A stretch of DNA of 63,789 nucleotides, filler included, from Olpidium bornovanus S191 (taxonomy: Eukaryota; Fungi; Olpidiomycota), in NCBI GenBank assembly GCA_017911155.1. It is 29 parts of 29 records of this genome, joined end to end, with 100 filler letters (N's around TTAATTAATTAA, not from the genome) between each part and the next. Parts side by side here need not be neighbours in the genome. Positions count along the whole stretch, not along the records: positions 36,533 to 37,997 come from JAEFCI010000956.1; positions 38,098 to 39,744 come from JAEFCI010003608.1; positions 39,845 to 41,704 come from JAEFCI010010185.1; positions 41,805 to 43,982 come from JAEFCI010006363.1; positions 44,083 to 47,051 come from JAEFCI010010695.1; positions 47,152 to 49,629 come from JAEFCI010002480.1; positions 49,730 to 51,187 come from JAEFCI010012491.1; 22 more parts are not named here. The stretch is one strand, 5' to 3'. How positions within the stretch are numbered: the stretch's first letter is position 1; each line of letters starts with the position of its first letter. This document shows positions 37,004 through 50,049 of this stretch, in pieces. The notes beneath the pieces are model-generated. The model was not told where the DNA came from, did no database searches, and saw only the letters and a list, made by a program, of their open reading frames with translations. Both the position numbers and the translations under genes were made by a program.

Positions 37004-37997
37004 ATGAGCTTGTTTCGAAAGTCACGGTTCGCCACGTCACTAACAGCTCTTTTGGTTTTTAACGAGTCGGATTTGGCCCCACCAACGCCACTTGCCCCGC
37101 ACCATTACACCGCACTTCAGTCTCCGCCGCGTCCACCCGTCCACCTAGCCACAATGTCGTCCTCTGCGTCCGCTGCCCCTGTGTCCACCTCGTCCGCCTT
37201 CACCGAGAGACGTCTCGACGCCGCCACTCGTCGGATATACACGGCCTTCTGGGCGCACCGGTTGCGAGACTCCCGCAGTTTGCTCGCGGCCGCAGCTGCG
37301 TGCGTTGCTGATCGGCCGACGCCAGAACGTCAATGCACTCTGCGCGGGCGGATGATCCGCTTCATCCATTACGCGTGGATGTTTCGCGCCGTCCACGAGG
37401 ACGGAAGTACCGAAGCCTGCGTTGCCCTCCTCCAGTCAGTTTTGGTCCCTCTTTTGTACTATAACTCTACTTTGATAGATAACCTCTTCCACGTCTACTT
37501 GCAGACTTCGCCGATCGATGATTGACGCCTTCCTCCAGGTCATGAATTCGCCAGCCTCCTTTTGGCTTCCTGCGGATCCTCGCGATCTGGAATTCCTGTT
37601 CTTGCCGTCAGACACGCAGTATTGTGGCCCCGGTGGGCCCGAAGATCGCCACTACGATCCGCGTCCCGCCCCCGTCGCCGAGGACAGTTATATTCAGATT
37701 CGCGTCCTCATGCACCCGGTCTCTCCACCGCAGCCAGACGCCGAGCTTGCAGACGATGCCCCAACAGCCATTTCTCCCCGCGCCCGGGACTCTTGGTTCC
37801 CGGAGCTCCACCAAAGTGCCGACTCCTATAATTTTCTCCGCCGGCTCGCGGTCGCACGAGAGGATCCTCGCATTGACATGTCCCGGATCGACCAGGGCCA
37901 AACACGCTCACGAAATTTTCTTTTCTCAGACATTTGGCGGGACGTTCCGCGCGACGACGACGACTATCCTGAGAGAAGCTGCAGGGACGAGGGCGCC
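37004..37997 (+). CDS. Two overlapping intronless hypothetical ORFs (173 aa and at least 160 aa)
   Basis: ORFs 37004-37525 and 37518-contig end overlap at ATGATTGA. No recognisable motif. Confidence 0.3.
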
Positions 37998-38097
37998 NNN
38001 NNNNNNNNNNNNNNNNNNNNNNNNNNNNNNNNNNNNNNNNNTTAATTAATTAANNNNNNNNNNNNNNNNNNNNNNNNNNNNNNNNNNNNNNNNNNNN

Positions 38098-38850
38098 AGT
38101 GGACCGACGAGTACCGCCACCGTCACAGTCCGCTTACTGGATGTCAATGGGCATCCCTGGCAGTTTGACGTACCCTTCTTCATCACCAAAGAGATTTACG
38201 ACGCGATCTGTGGCATGCCGTGGTTACGGAAATACAATCCGCACATCGAGTGGACCAACCTTTCTTTCATGTTCGCTGACGGACGCCGCTTTGCCGCGCT
38301 GCCCCCAGAGGCCGTACGACAGTCACGACCCCTTCCAGAAGCCTCGACCATGTCCAAACGGGAAGCCGGACGGGCCTTACGAAAGGCAGGTCAGGAATCC
38401 TTTTTTGTACTTCCATCTGAGACCTTGGGCGCTTTGGCAATCTGTACGGAGGAGAACGAAATTGCTGAATTTCATACCGAGCGACAAGCGCAGAAGCCGC
38501 TCGAGTTGGAGCCCCCTCAAGGAACACTCGTCGAGCGGTTGGAAAGCAAACTCGCCGGCATGTCGGACCAGCTCCGACAATGTTACAATGCCCTTTTACT
38601 CAGACTTCCCAGCGTCATGCCCGACAAGTTGCCTGCCGTTTGGAATCTTTTTTTCGACCTCTGAACACGAGATAACCTTAACGTCCGACGCTAAACCAAA
38701 ATCGTTTCTGATCTACCATCTGTTCAAAGCAGAACTAGCAGAAATAAAGCGTCAGCTAGAGGACCTCCTTGCGGCAGGACATATCTGTCATAGTCAATCA
38801 CCATGGGGATCGCCAGTCCTCTTCGTTAAGAAGCCCGGCAGAAAACTTCG
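38098..38850 (+). mobile_element. Degenerate Ty3/Gypsy protease end and RT start, interrupted by a nested LTR
   Basis: DAICGMPWLRKYNPHIEW, then EHEITL...ELAEIKRQLEDLLAAGHI..SQSPWGSPVLFVKKPGRKLR, which breaks at TGTTG (38851). Confidence 0.88.
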
Positions 38851-39744
38851 TGTTGAATTCCGTCAGCAATTTTATTTTCTTTTGTATTAATATCGCGCCG
38901 TGGAAAATAAACGCGTCTGGCACCCACGGGCGCACAACGCAAAACTTTTAATAGGTTATGAGCGCAAGGGGACTCTGACGGCCGAGCTCGCTTCGCCGTC
39001 GCTTCGGCCCCGAGCTCGCTTCGCCTCCGCCTTCGGCCCCGAGCTCGCTCCGCCCCCGCTGCTCGCCTCCGCCTTCCGCAGAGCTCGTCTCCGCCTTCGG
39101 CCCCGAGCTCGCTTCGCCCCCGCTGCTCGCCTCCGCCTTCCGCAGAGTTTGTTTCACCCTCGGCCCCGAAGTCGCTTCGCTTTCGGCCCAAGTTCGCTTC
39201 GCCTCCGGCCCCAAATTCGCTTCTTCTTCGGCCCCCGAGTTTGCTTCGCCTTCGGCCCCGAACCCGCTTTGCCTTCGACCCGAGCTCGCTTCGCCTTTAG
39301 CCCCCAACTTGTTTCGCCATCACTTCGGCCCCGAACTCGTTTTGCTGTCGCTTCGGCCCCGAGTTCGCTTTGCCGTCGTTCTCGCCGCACCGCTCACCGC
39401 TGTTTGCCGCATCCGCAGACAGCTGCTGCAGCCTACACACAGCTGCCGCCGCTGCTTCCACCGCCGCGCTTGCCCTCGAGCAACCATGCCGATTGACCCG
39501 CTTGACGAAAACACCGCCCAGGCTAGCACAAGCAAACCGAGTAGAGGCGCAATCTTCTCCAACACCCCTTTGGGTGTTGGATACGGACACGGAGGCCAGT
39601 CGCCCCAGACTGCTGCACCCACACCTTTGAATGAAGTCGAGACCTTACGCGCTGCCCTCTTCGAAGCACAAGCTCAACTGCGCCGCCAGGCCCAGACAGA
39701 TCATCATGATCGCGATCGTCTAGACCGCCGCCCAGCACGTGCAA
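38851..39744 (+). mobile_element. 5' end of a short-LTR element: 103-bp LTR, half-tRNAiMet PBS, repeat-filled leader, gag start
   Basis: LTR 38851-38953 (TGTTG...TAATA), PBS GGTTATGAGCGC at 38954-38965, ORF from ATG 39486 containing KPSRGAIFS shared with the gag at 55058. Confidence 0.75.
38975..39400. repeat. Degenerate array of CTTCGGCCCCGAGCTCGC-type units in the element leader
   Basis: CTTCGGCCCC(G/A) recurs more than 10 times with variable spacers. Confidence 0.85.
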
Positions 39745-40380
39745 NNNNNNNNNNNNNNNNNNNNNNNNNNNNNNNNNNNNNNNNNNNNTTAATTAATTAA
39801 NNNNNNNNNNNNNNNNNNNNNNNNNNNNNNNNNNNNNNNNNNNNAAATCTGAACCGCCGTCCGAATCCAATTCAAAATCCTACACAACTCCGCGCGCCAA
39901 TGGCAAAAGCCAGAATTCACAGAGGAACGAGATTTTTGCCGAATCGGACTCACAGGATTTGCATGATTCGCAGGCTTCACAAAGCACGGCATCCAGCATC
40001 AGCTTGAACATCTGCGCGCCCGCGCGCAGGCAATCGCCGATAAACTCGGCAAACGCTTAAGCGCAGCACCGACTCAATCAAGCCGCCCAATCCCGTCCGT
40101 AGCCCGCTTGCGCCAAACTCCCGCGCGGCCCGCGCGCGCCGCGCTCCCGCCGCCGCGCGCAATTCATTGTTTGCTCTCCACGAGGGCCCGCGCGCCTCTC
40201 TATTCGCGCGCTCCCGGCCGGCCCGCCGCGCGGAATAACCCGACGCCACCGCCCGTTGTACCACCAGTCGAATGCGCCAGCCGCCTACGCGGCGCTTGCG
40301 CTTCCGCCGCGCGGAATAACCGTTGGAGCAAATTCACGTTTCTGCGAGTCCGTACGATTTGCCTCCGCGCAGGTACCCTC

Positions 40381-40440
40381 CGGACCCCGGTCTGGGCCCC
40401 GGTCCGGACCCCGGTCCGGACCCCGGGCTCGACCCCGGGT
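40381..40440. repeat. 12-bp minisatellite (CGGACCCCGGTC), 5 copies
   Basis: Direct reading. Confidence 0.8.
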
Positions 40441-43400
40441 CACAGGACAGGCCGCCCGTTGTTCAACTACGACTCCAATGCCTCCTAAAGCATAGTTGCC
40501 AGGCCGTGTTCTCCGCATACGGCACGTTACTCAACTGCCCCATTAACGTCTCCATAATGCGTTTCCCTCATTTAAGCTCACTGCGTATTTTCAAAAATGG
40601 CAGCCCACGCACACCAGAGTCAAGCATCTCTGCTTCTAGAGGAGCTCGCAAATTTGGAGCGCCATTTTTTTGCTCAGTAATAGCCAATTTTGGCCGGTTT
40701 TCTTTCCGGCTTCGCTGGGCAAATCAGCCAGTCGCATCAGGGGGACGCACGCACGCGCTGTTGAATCATCATTTGTCGGCTGCGATTGAATTAATTTCGG
40801 GAAGTATATCTTTACTTAATTATCTCTGAATTCATCGGTGTTGACATTTTGTTTTTTTTTCCCGCGACGTCCTCTCAAAAGCAAGTTTTTCGGATTGCAG
40901 GCGTTGCCTTTCTTCCCGTCCGTTTCAAGACGTTGCGTAAACTCCTGCTGGGGGGATGGACGCTGGCGGCCGCCGCTTCGGCAGCTTTGGCTCCAGCGGT
41001 GTCTTTCTACACGAACTTCGACGACAAACGAGGGCACGCCGGGCGACGGATTCCGCGGCTTCCGCAGACTTTCCGCCGGAAGTCTTCCCGCGTCTGCCAT
41101 CGACCGCGTGCTTACATCTTGCCGGAAGAACGGAGGGAGCGCGCGTTCCTTTTTGCGCAGGCGCGTTGAGCCCAAAGCTTCTTCCCCGAGGGGCTTCCGC
41201 GGTTCCCTACCCTGGAGCTAATTTTCGTCGCCGACGCCGGTTTCCCCCGGCCACCGCCGCTTGTTCTTGCGACGCTGAGCTCGCTTTTGCGTTTTGAGAG
41301 ATGGGTGGGAGGGTAGGGGGCGGAACTGTCGTCGGAGGTGCTTCCCGGCGTGAAAGCGCGCAAAGCGAAGCAGCCTTGGATTCGTTGTGTCCTCCTGCTG
41401 CTTTGCGCACAGCCAAGTCCGTAAGGGACGGCAAACCCCCTCTGCGACAGCCCGACTTGCGCGGCTCTCGGCGGATAAGAGCCGCGCGGGTAAGAGCAAA
41501 CGCCGTTGCAGGCGGACATTATTTCGAAAACAGGAGAATATTGGCCTGGGGGAGGGGAAAGAGGAGGAAGGGCCGGCGACGTTAACTAGCGGCTTCTGGC
41601 GTGGCACGTCTTACAGACCGCGTCGCTCTGAACAAAGGAAAACGCTAAAAGGAAAAGTAAAGGAAATCAACAAAGCAAGCGTCTTATCTGCCTTCCCGTA
41701 CATGNNNNNNNNNNNNNNNNNNNNNNNNNNNNNNNNNNNNNNNNNNNNTTAATTAATTAANNNNNNNNNNNNNNNNNNNNNNNNNNNNNNNNNNNNNNNN
41801 NNNNGCCCCACCGCCATATGTCAACTTACCCCCCCCGCATCAGAACTGTATGATTCCGAGAGCAACTGAGAGAATAGATTGGTTTGGCCTTTGTGTCGTG
41901 GATCGATTCAACCTGTGAAAAAAAAATGCGACTTCAAGGCTGACGTCGATAAAAAGCTTTGCCCCTTTGAATCCGCGTAAAAAAGCAACGAACAGGTAGA
42001 AAGATAAACTCATGGGACCAGCTTTCGCGAAGGAAAAATGAGTCGAAAAACAAAAGAATAGATAAAGCGAATTCGAGACGGCACCAATAGTAGAGTTTGG
42101 CGGAAGCTTGCCGGTTATAGAGAACCCGGCCCCCCGGCCCAACCCAAATTATCGTATTTGCTCAGATGAATATAAAAAATCAACTAGCGACCCATCTAGA
42201 CTACAGGGCAAAACGCGGCTTCTCTACTCCTTCACGTGGACGCGGGCTGCTCCTCTGCAACTCCGCTTCAAAGGGGCATATTGCAGCGATCAACTGCGGC
42301 CGGAATGCAGCGTGCTCGCAAGAAAGGCGTCTTTATTCGACATTTAGGAAACAGGTTACCGGCGCTCCGTTCTCAACGACTCTAGCTGGACTCCCTTGGG
42401 GCAGCTGCCAGGCAGAGTTATCTGATTTTGTGTAAAAAGACGCGTTTCACGGGGTGCGCACGCGCGAAAAGAGGGCCCATACGGGGCTACCTGCACGACC
42501 CTTATTTATTTGCTCCCTGGGCGACCGCTGACCAGGCCGTGTTTATTGTTACCGGCGTGCTCCAAGTCAACCGTTGCAGGCAGAACGCTGCCGAACGACC
42601 GGAGGTGACGTCTGCGTGCCAAAACAAGCTGCTTCGGGGCGCGTTTCGAATATACGGCGTGAGGGGTCCGCTGCGCTTGCGGCAGTTTGGGCTTGCAGAA
42701 GGGACCGTGCTGGCGTCCGCTTCTCGCAGGAACAAAGAACTTTTCCCCTCAGCTTCCCCCGGTCGCCCGCGTCCTGCAACTCCGCCGAGTAAGCGCACCT
42801 GACTGTCAAAACGGGTGGCGTCGCGTGGCCGACGACGCCGGCGGCGCCAGCGAGGGAAAAAAAAGGAACAAAAAAAAACCGAAAAAAGGAAAAAAGCAAA
42901 AACCGGTAAAAGCCATAGGCGGAGGAGCGCGATGGGAACAGGGAAGGAAGAGAACCGCGGCGTTAACTGCAAAAAGGCGAGGGCGACTGGCAAACGGCCG
43001 TCTGGAACACGCGGGCGCGTGAGGAGACCGGGCAGGCGGCACGACCTTTTTTCTCACAGCTCCTCTCGCCCCTTCGGCCCGCGCCCGGGGAAGGGCGGAG
43101 CAGGGGTGCTGCCCGCGGGGATCTTTTCGACGTCCTCTTCGGGCGCGCGCGCGTTTCCCTCTCCCGACTCCTTCCGGCGGACGCGGTTCTCTAACCCGGC
43201 GCTTTTGCTGTCTCTCAAGCCGAGCGGGTCGAGGGGGACGGGCGGGGCCCTGTGTGAGTCCAAATTTTCCACTGGAATTTTCCATTCCGACAGATTCTCC
43301 GTTTTCCGACGAGCTTTTTCAGATGGTCGTGTTTTGATTTATTTGGCCGGATTTCCGACAATTTTGAAGTTTTGGTTTTTTTTCTCCAGATTTTCGGCTA

Positions 43401-46038
43401 TGCTGATGTGACCCTCGTTGATTGGCGTGTGTCCCACGCCGGCATTGCTCTGCATCCACGAGGAGAGCAATAAATGGCGACCGCCGCATCCAGAAACGCA
43501 AATGGAAACCAAAAAGCGAAGTCTCCCTCTTGCCCACCCCCCCCCCCCCCGCCCGCGTGCAACTCTCTTTTCTCCTTAGCCAGCAAAAGTTAAGCGTTAC
43601 ACTACGAGATTCAAAAGCGAAAGTGTGGACGGTACGGGAAAACGGGGGAAAAAACCGGCAGATCAAAAAAGCCTGGTACCTACATCCTTCGCCATCCGCC
43701 GCCTGCAGGCGAGTTCTCAATCCAGCGCAGTGCTTTATTTGCAGGGGCGCCGGGGTTGGGGTCCAGTTAGGTGATAGCGTCACGGTCCATCGCGGCCTGC
43801 AGGTTTACGTGGTCAAATTAACCTACGTCAAAGTCAAGTTTCAGAGTACAAAAGTCCAACGCCCCCCCCCCTCCCCCCCTCCGTCATTAATTCCATGACA
43901 GCCAAAATCACAAAACGAAGAGGCGCCCCAAAGCACAGTCACGAGCCAGAGCACCGCCCCACCATCCTGCCCCCCGCCTCACNNNNNNNNNNNNNNNNNN
44001 NNNNNNNNNNNNNNNNNNNNNNNNNNTTAATTAATTAANNNNNNNNNNNNNNNNNNNNNNNNNNNNNNNNNNNNNNNNNNNNCATGATGTAAAACGTTGC
44101 GGAGAACGTCTTGCCAGATCTCGCTACGCTGCATAAAATGGGAATTTGCGCGTTCGCGCAAAATCAGTTGCACGTCTCCGTGTTCGTCTCCTCTGCCTCC
44201 GTCTTCGTCTCGGTCTCCTCAGTCTCCGTCTCTGTCCGTAGTTTTCGTTTCTGTCTACTCTGTCTCTGTCTCCGTCTCCGACTTTGTTTCCCGGGTTCGT
44301 TCTTCACAACGGGCAGCGTGGGGAAGGTGGGGGGGGGTGTCCGTAAACTAGGGACAGCGGTTTCTCTCCCGTTAAATGGTCGGTATACCATAAACTATCG
44401 ACGCGAGCCCTCGAACCTGGGTTCATCAGTTGCCTATGTACCCGCCGAAGCAGGATCAGCGTTCGCGAAGTCCCATCCGACGCACTCCGTTTTTTTTTTT
44501 GACCGTTCCTTCTTGTATACGTCTCCCCACGCCGTCCGCGTCCTCTGGCGACGTCGTCTAAGCTGCTGCGTTCCGCAGTCGTCCTCTTTATTCTGCACTC
44601 GTCGGCTGCGGTGCAGTGGATCTGCTTGGCTGGCAAACCGAAGCTTGCCCACTGTCGCTGGCGTCATCGGTGCGGACGCGAGCATCGAGGGTCGGCCGAT
44701 CATCGATGAACTTTCTTTTAGCCTCGCCGAGTGGAGGTGCCTGCGGCACCATCTCCCCGTCGTAAACGCCACAATCGGCCCCGTCGGCCGATGCGGCGGG
44801 GATTCGGACATGGACCGGTCCCAGGTATCCTTCGTTCGTGCTTACGCTGCTCTGAGACGAATCCTGGGCACGCAACCAGGTCTCGTATTTACAGTGCGGC
44901 ACCGGCAAGCAACTATCTCTCGATGGTGTTCCAAATATTGGAATCGTTGAAATACACAAACTTTCCGTTGCAGACTTCAAAAATGCTGAAGAATGGAAGT
45001 ACGTAGTAGAATCTAGTTTTTGTGAGACGCCGGCTCGGCGGGGCGACCCGGTCAGGTCCAGAGAACGGGATTTTCGCGGTGGCGCCTGTGGTGGCCGCAG
45101 GGCAAAAAGCTTTCTCGGTGACCGACGCTGCCCGTTCTCGCTGACGGCGCCAGATTGGCGGCGGAGGCGCTGCCCCGCAGCCGAGGCGGCAGGCCACGGC
45201 CGTCGCCAGCAAACCCCTTTGGGCGACACGGCGGCGTTTTCTCTCTGCGCACACGAAGGCTGCAGACGGCGCCCCGGAAAAAAAAACGCCGCCCTCTTTC
45301 CACTCTTCCCACCACCCACCCCCCTGCGCAGTGTTCAGACTTGGGAGGGAGTGGTCGCCTCGCCCGGAACCGGGTTGGTTAGTGCCGCGTCTGGGCGCTC
45401 CCCCAAATGATGGCGTCGGCGGACCGTGGGCGCCAAAGGACCTCGCCGCCGAGGGAGGCCGGGCAGCAGTGGATGCGCGCGGGAGGGAGACAGCACCCGA
45501 CGCACCACGGAGATAAGGTTGGAAACGCACGTTGCGCCGCGAACACTGCCCGCGCCGACAACCGCTTTCCCCGCGATGCTCCGCAAGTTTCCACTGACTT
45601 TCGCCATCTCGCGGTTGGGTCTGTGTTGTAGCTATACGCTGGATATCCATCCAAGGAGGGAGGACCGGTGAAGGGTGAACTGAAGGCAGGTGGAAGGTGC
45701 TTGAGCCCCAGGTCGCCGACGCGATCTCGCTCAAGGGACCAGGATCACTACCGATGGGGGACGAGGCCGGGATCTGACGTCCGCGCCCGCGGGAGCAGCC
45801 CAGGCGGGAACACGCCAAAGGGCCGACGCGCCTCCAACCCTTCTGGGGCGATAAACGGTTGGAACGACCAGGCCGCGAAAGCCAACTGCCGAAATGTGCG
45901 CCCAGGCGGTCCACTTCCCCCGTTCATCGACGCCGAGGTTCGGGTGAACTCTACCTTTAGTCTGCGACGCTTCGATTCTTGACTTCGATGTATTACGCTG
46001 ACTGGCAACGCGGCTTTTCGCGGGTCTCATTTAACTAG

Positions 46039-47051
46039 GCTGAACCGTATGTTCAAGCTCTGTTCGATAATGTCGACGTCCAAGCCTCTGTCCGGCAGAT
46101 TGCTGCCAAGGCCGCTGGACTTCGGAGGTGGCCGAAATTTTTTCCTGACGGTATGTTTGCTTTTCTCTGGAAGCTAGAATCTAACGGGGTTGAAGGTGTG
46201 CCGGCAGACAGGGGCGAGAGAGAGAAAAGAGAAAGGGGGGAGGGCGTAGATGGATGGGGATATGTAGGCGTCAGAAAGTTGCCTTATTTTAGTTTTTTTT
46301 TGTCTTCAGCGGTCAGCCGCGACCCGCGCGTTGCGGATGCTATGCGGGAAACCGTAGAAAACGAAGCTTTCATCAACGACCTCTGGCGCCTCCAGAACCC
46401 GTCACAGCTGAACCAGTGGTGCAACGAATACGGTATCCCTCAGTACGAGCGTGTTCTCATCGATCTGCCATGTAGGCCGCCCCCAATTTTCTACAGGGAC
46501 CTCCACGAAAAGCAAAACCAAGGGTGGGCGGACGATTTGTGGGTAACACTTTGAGAGAGCCGCCCAGTCGCATTTAGTTTTATCCGACAATTAGTGCCAT
46601 TGTCGGTTACCACCGTTTGTGTCGGTATTTGGCATATCGTCGACCCGTGGAATGCCGACTGTTCACACTCCTCCGCCCGTACCACCGGCCACAAGTGTTG
46701 CCGCCGCTGTTAAGCACTCGCACGGCAATCAACACGAATTAGCAATCAAGGGTTTCTCCGAGGCGATCCGTTTGTACCCGCGGTGTGCAAAAGCTTTCGT
46801 GGGACGCGGCGCATCGTACGTGCCTCCTGTTAAGTTAGATTTATTTTCGATTTCAGGGCCAAAAGGTTGACCAACATTCAATACCGTCCCGTAGACGTGC
46901 CAATATGGGCCAATACGAGCTGGCGATAACGGATTTGCAGGATGCTGTTGCAATCGATCCGTACGTCGCCAATGGAAGGTCTTATTTAGAATCTATCGTG
47001 AAGAAGTTCAACGAAGAGGCAAAAAAGCAGGGCAAGCCACTGATGCGCATG
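46039..47051 (+). CDS. TPR-repeat protein fragment (TTC14-like)
   Basis: Exons with HELAIKGFSEAIRLYPRCAKAFVGRGASY and MGQYELAITDLQDAVAIDPYVANGRSYL are TPR helices. Confidence 0.7.
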
Positions 47052-47469
47052 NNNNNNNNNNNNNNNNNNNNNNNNNNNNNNNNNNNNNNNNNNNNTTAAT
47101 TAATTAANNNNNNNNNNNNNNNNNNNNNNNNNNNNNNNNNNNNNNNNNNNNCATGTTATGTGCGCCCATCATCAGGCTCGCTGGTTGCCAAAGTGGCACA
47201 AATCCTGCGCGACTGATTCGCGTGCGGTAAGCGGGTCACGTGATATCGGCAGCGGCCGCGTGGCAAAAACACGCTGGAACGGCGCCACCGGGAGGCCCAC
47301 GCAATACAGTTGTTGGCGCGAAAGCGGAAAGAATGCAACAGCCGGTTTTGGATTTGGCTAGTCGCGGCGGAGGAACGGGAAATGAATGGAACAACGTCCA
47401 ATGCGGCTGTGTTTGCCCCTCCTCGCTCCTGCCGGTTCTCACCGCGTTCTCGGTTGACGGACGGGGCGA

Positions 47470-49001
47470 TGCTCTTTCGCCGTCGGGTTGTCCGATCCCG
47501 AGCCACGACGCGCTCGAGATCGCGGTCGGGTTGCTCCTGCTGCTGGGAATGGTCGTCAGCTACCTGCCGCAGGTGGGAGGGGACCAGGAAAGCCTCCCCG
47601 TCGACGCCTTGGAAAAACAGTTTGAAAAAAAGGCAGCTCTTTGTCTTCTCTTTTTGCTGACCGCCGGCACCCCGCCTCGTGAGCTCGCCCCAACAGCACT
47701 ACAGGATAATTTTTACGAAGTCGTCCGAGGGGTTTTCGCCAATCTTCCTGTTGATGGGGGCCGTCGCGACGAATTGCGGGACGCTCAACATCGTGCTGCT
47801 GCAGTGGGGACTATTTGGCTGCTGTCGCACGGCGTTCACGGCAGGGGACTGCGCTGCGAGCCTGCTTGGCGTTGCGCAGGTCGGTACGCAGTGGGTCATG
47901 TTCATGGGCATGTGAGTGCCTCGTTACGAAGTGGGTGGAAGGGGGGCGCGACAGGTCGAAGAAATTCACCTGGACAAAAGCGCCTTTCCGAACTTGTTTC
48001 TTCTTCCAGTGTCTTTCTTTACGTAGCGTACTTTCCAACACACAAGAAATACGTCCGGTCTGCCCCGGCTTTGTCGCCGCGCAGCCAGCGCCCGGCCTCG
48101 ACTAGTCCACCACTTTCGGAGGAGTGGAAGACGTCTGTGCGCATCACCACCGCATTGATGGTGTTCCTGGTTTTTTGGGGGCTACTGAGCTTCTGGACTT
48201 TGTGGTACTACGGGTCTGACAGCAATGGCGTCGCCCGGTTTGCGGGCTTAAATGGGCTGATGTCCATGGCGTTAGGAACCGTGCAGTTCCTGCCGCAGAT
48301 TTACTGGACGTGGAAAGCCAAGGTGCGTCGGGATAACGGGTAGTAGCGGCGCCGGGCCGAGGCAGGAAATGGCAGGTGCTGCCTGACACGGGGGGGAACG
48401 TAAACCTATTGTGCGGCCCCGCCCGGAGAGGAGAGGGGAGGGTCATTGACTTTCATTTTCTTTTGTTATCTGGTGCAAACCCACTGCTAAACGGCAGACG
48501 GCAGGAGCACTTTCGATACCGATGATGCTGCTGCAGACCCCGGGCTCTTTCCTGCTCGCGTACACGATTTCGATCCGGCCGGGCACCAACTGGACCAGCT
48601 GGATCACCTACCTGGTCGGGGGGACGTTTCAGGGCATGCTCCTGCTCCTGTGCATCACCTGGCACCTCCGGGGAGCGGGGACGCCGCGGCTGTCCGAGGA
48701 CGTCGACGGTGGGCACGGCGGCGACGATCGAGGGCTGCGCTTTCCGGTGGCGGAGCCGGATCCGGCGCGGAACCTTGCGGCCATCCTGACGGGGAGCTTG
48801 GCAGCCGTGCGCGACGGAGCCGCCGCCGCCGCCGCCGAAGAGCGGCGGCCGCTTTTGGGAGGGAACGCGGGGCTGAGGACAGGCCCTGCGGAGTCGAGAA
48901 CGGAAAGGCATTTGGCCTCGCCGACCCACTCGACCCGGCAAACCCGTAAGAGGGTCAGGAGCCCGAGTCCCATACCCATCGTAGACGACTGCGGCGGATG
49001 A
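47470..49001 (+). CDS. PQ-loop repeat membrane protein, multi-exon
   Basis: VSYLPQ|HYRIIFTKSSEGFS and QFLPQIYWTWKAK|TAGALSIPMMLLQTPG, with multiple TM helices. Confidence 0.88.
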
Positions 49002-49534
49002 AAGCGGAGTCCAGGAATTAGCCGCTACACTCGCAGATCTTAGCTTTCGGTATTCTTGACTCCCGAAGTTTGTAGTTAATTAGATTTTATACCCAGAAGA
49101 GAAAAAAAACTTTCAATGACGTCAAGTCGTTTTTGCCATTCAAAGGTTTTTGACGGTGTACCCAGTCGGTCCAGTTGCGAAACGTAACGACTCTGTGCCG
49201 CGAGTCCACGACTTTGCAAGCTTCAGTGCCCTTCGCGATTGACGCAAGGTAGAGCTCGCGCGAACTCCAGCGTGACGCACAGAAAAAAAAAATGAAGCGA
49301 TTTCAACTATTGCTAGCACGTCGCGCCGGCAGATACTGGTACCCAAGGGCAAAAGCAGCCAGCAGGCGCCCTCCACAACCTAATGCCAGTGGGGTGTCCG
49401 TTCCCGAACGTTCGGCGACTGCTCGTTATCTCACTCTCGCCGGATCTTTTTTCGGTTTTTTCTATTATATTTCGTCTTTTCTTTGTTTTTTCTTTTTTTT
49501 ATTTTTTTCGTTTTTAGTTTCCTTATTTTTGGGG

Positions 49535-49536
<2 letters not shown>

Positions 49537-49573
<37 letters not shown>
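49537..49573. repeat. (GA)n microsatellite
   Basis: Direct reading. Similar (CT)n/(CA)n tracts occur at 11127, 19224, 29003 and 59990. Confidence 0.9.
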
Positions 49574-49577
<4 letters not shown>

Positions 49578-50049
49578 TGTGACTGAGAAAGACCGCAAAA
49601 AGGGAAGTGGGAGCACCCGGCGGGCCCGGNNNNNNNNNNNNNNNNNNNNNNNNNNNNNNNNNNNNNNNNNNNNTTAATTAATTAANNNNNNNNNNNNNNN
49701 NNNNNNNNNNNNNNNNNNNNNNNNNNNNNATTGGTAGTTGTTATTATTGATGTTCGAAAATGGTTAATAATGTTAAAAAAGGTTGATCAACCTTAGATAT
49801 TTGTATATTGCCAAACTTTTCTACCGCCCAGCCCTGGGACAGCTCATGGACGCCCACTCTTTTCTTTCTTTCTAGATTATTCTTTTCGCCGACGAGCCGC
49901 CCTTTTCAGCCTCAGGCTCTGGTACAAATCTCGTGATGTCACGTGATCGTGCTTTTGCTTTTTCCTGTTCGAGCCCCAGTGGGCACAACGACCCCCCTTT
50001 CCCACTCCGCCTCGACGAGACCCCACAGACCCACCGGGGACCGTCAGCA

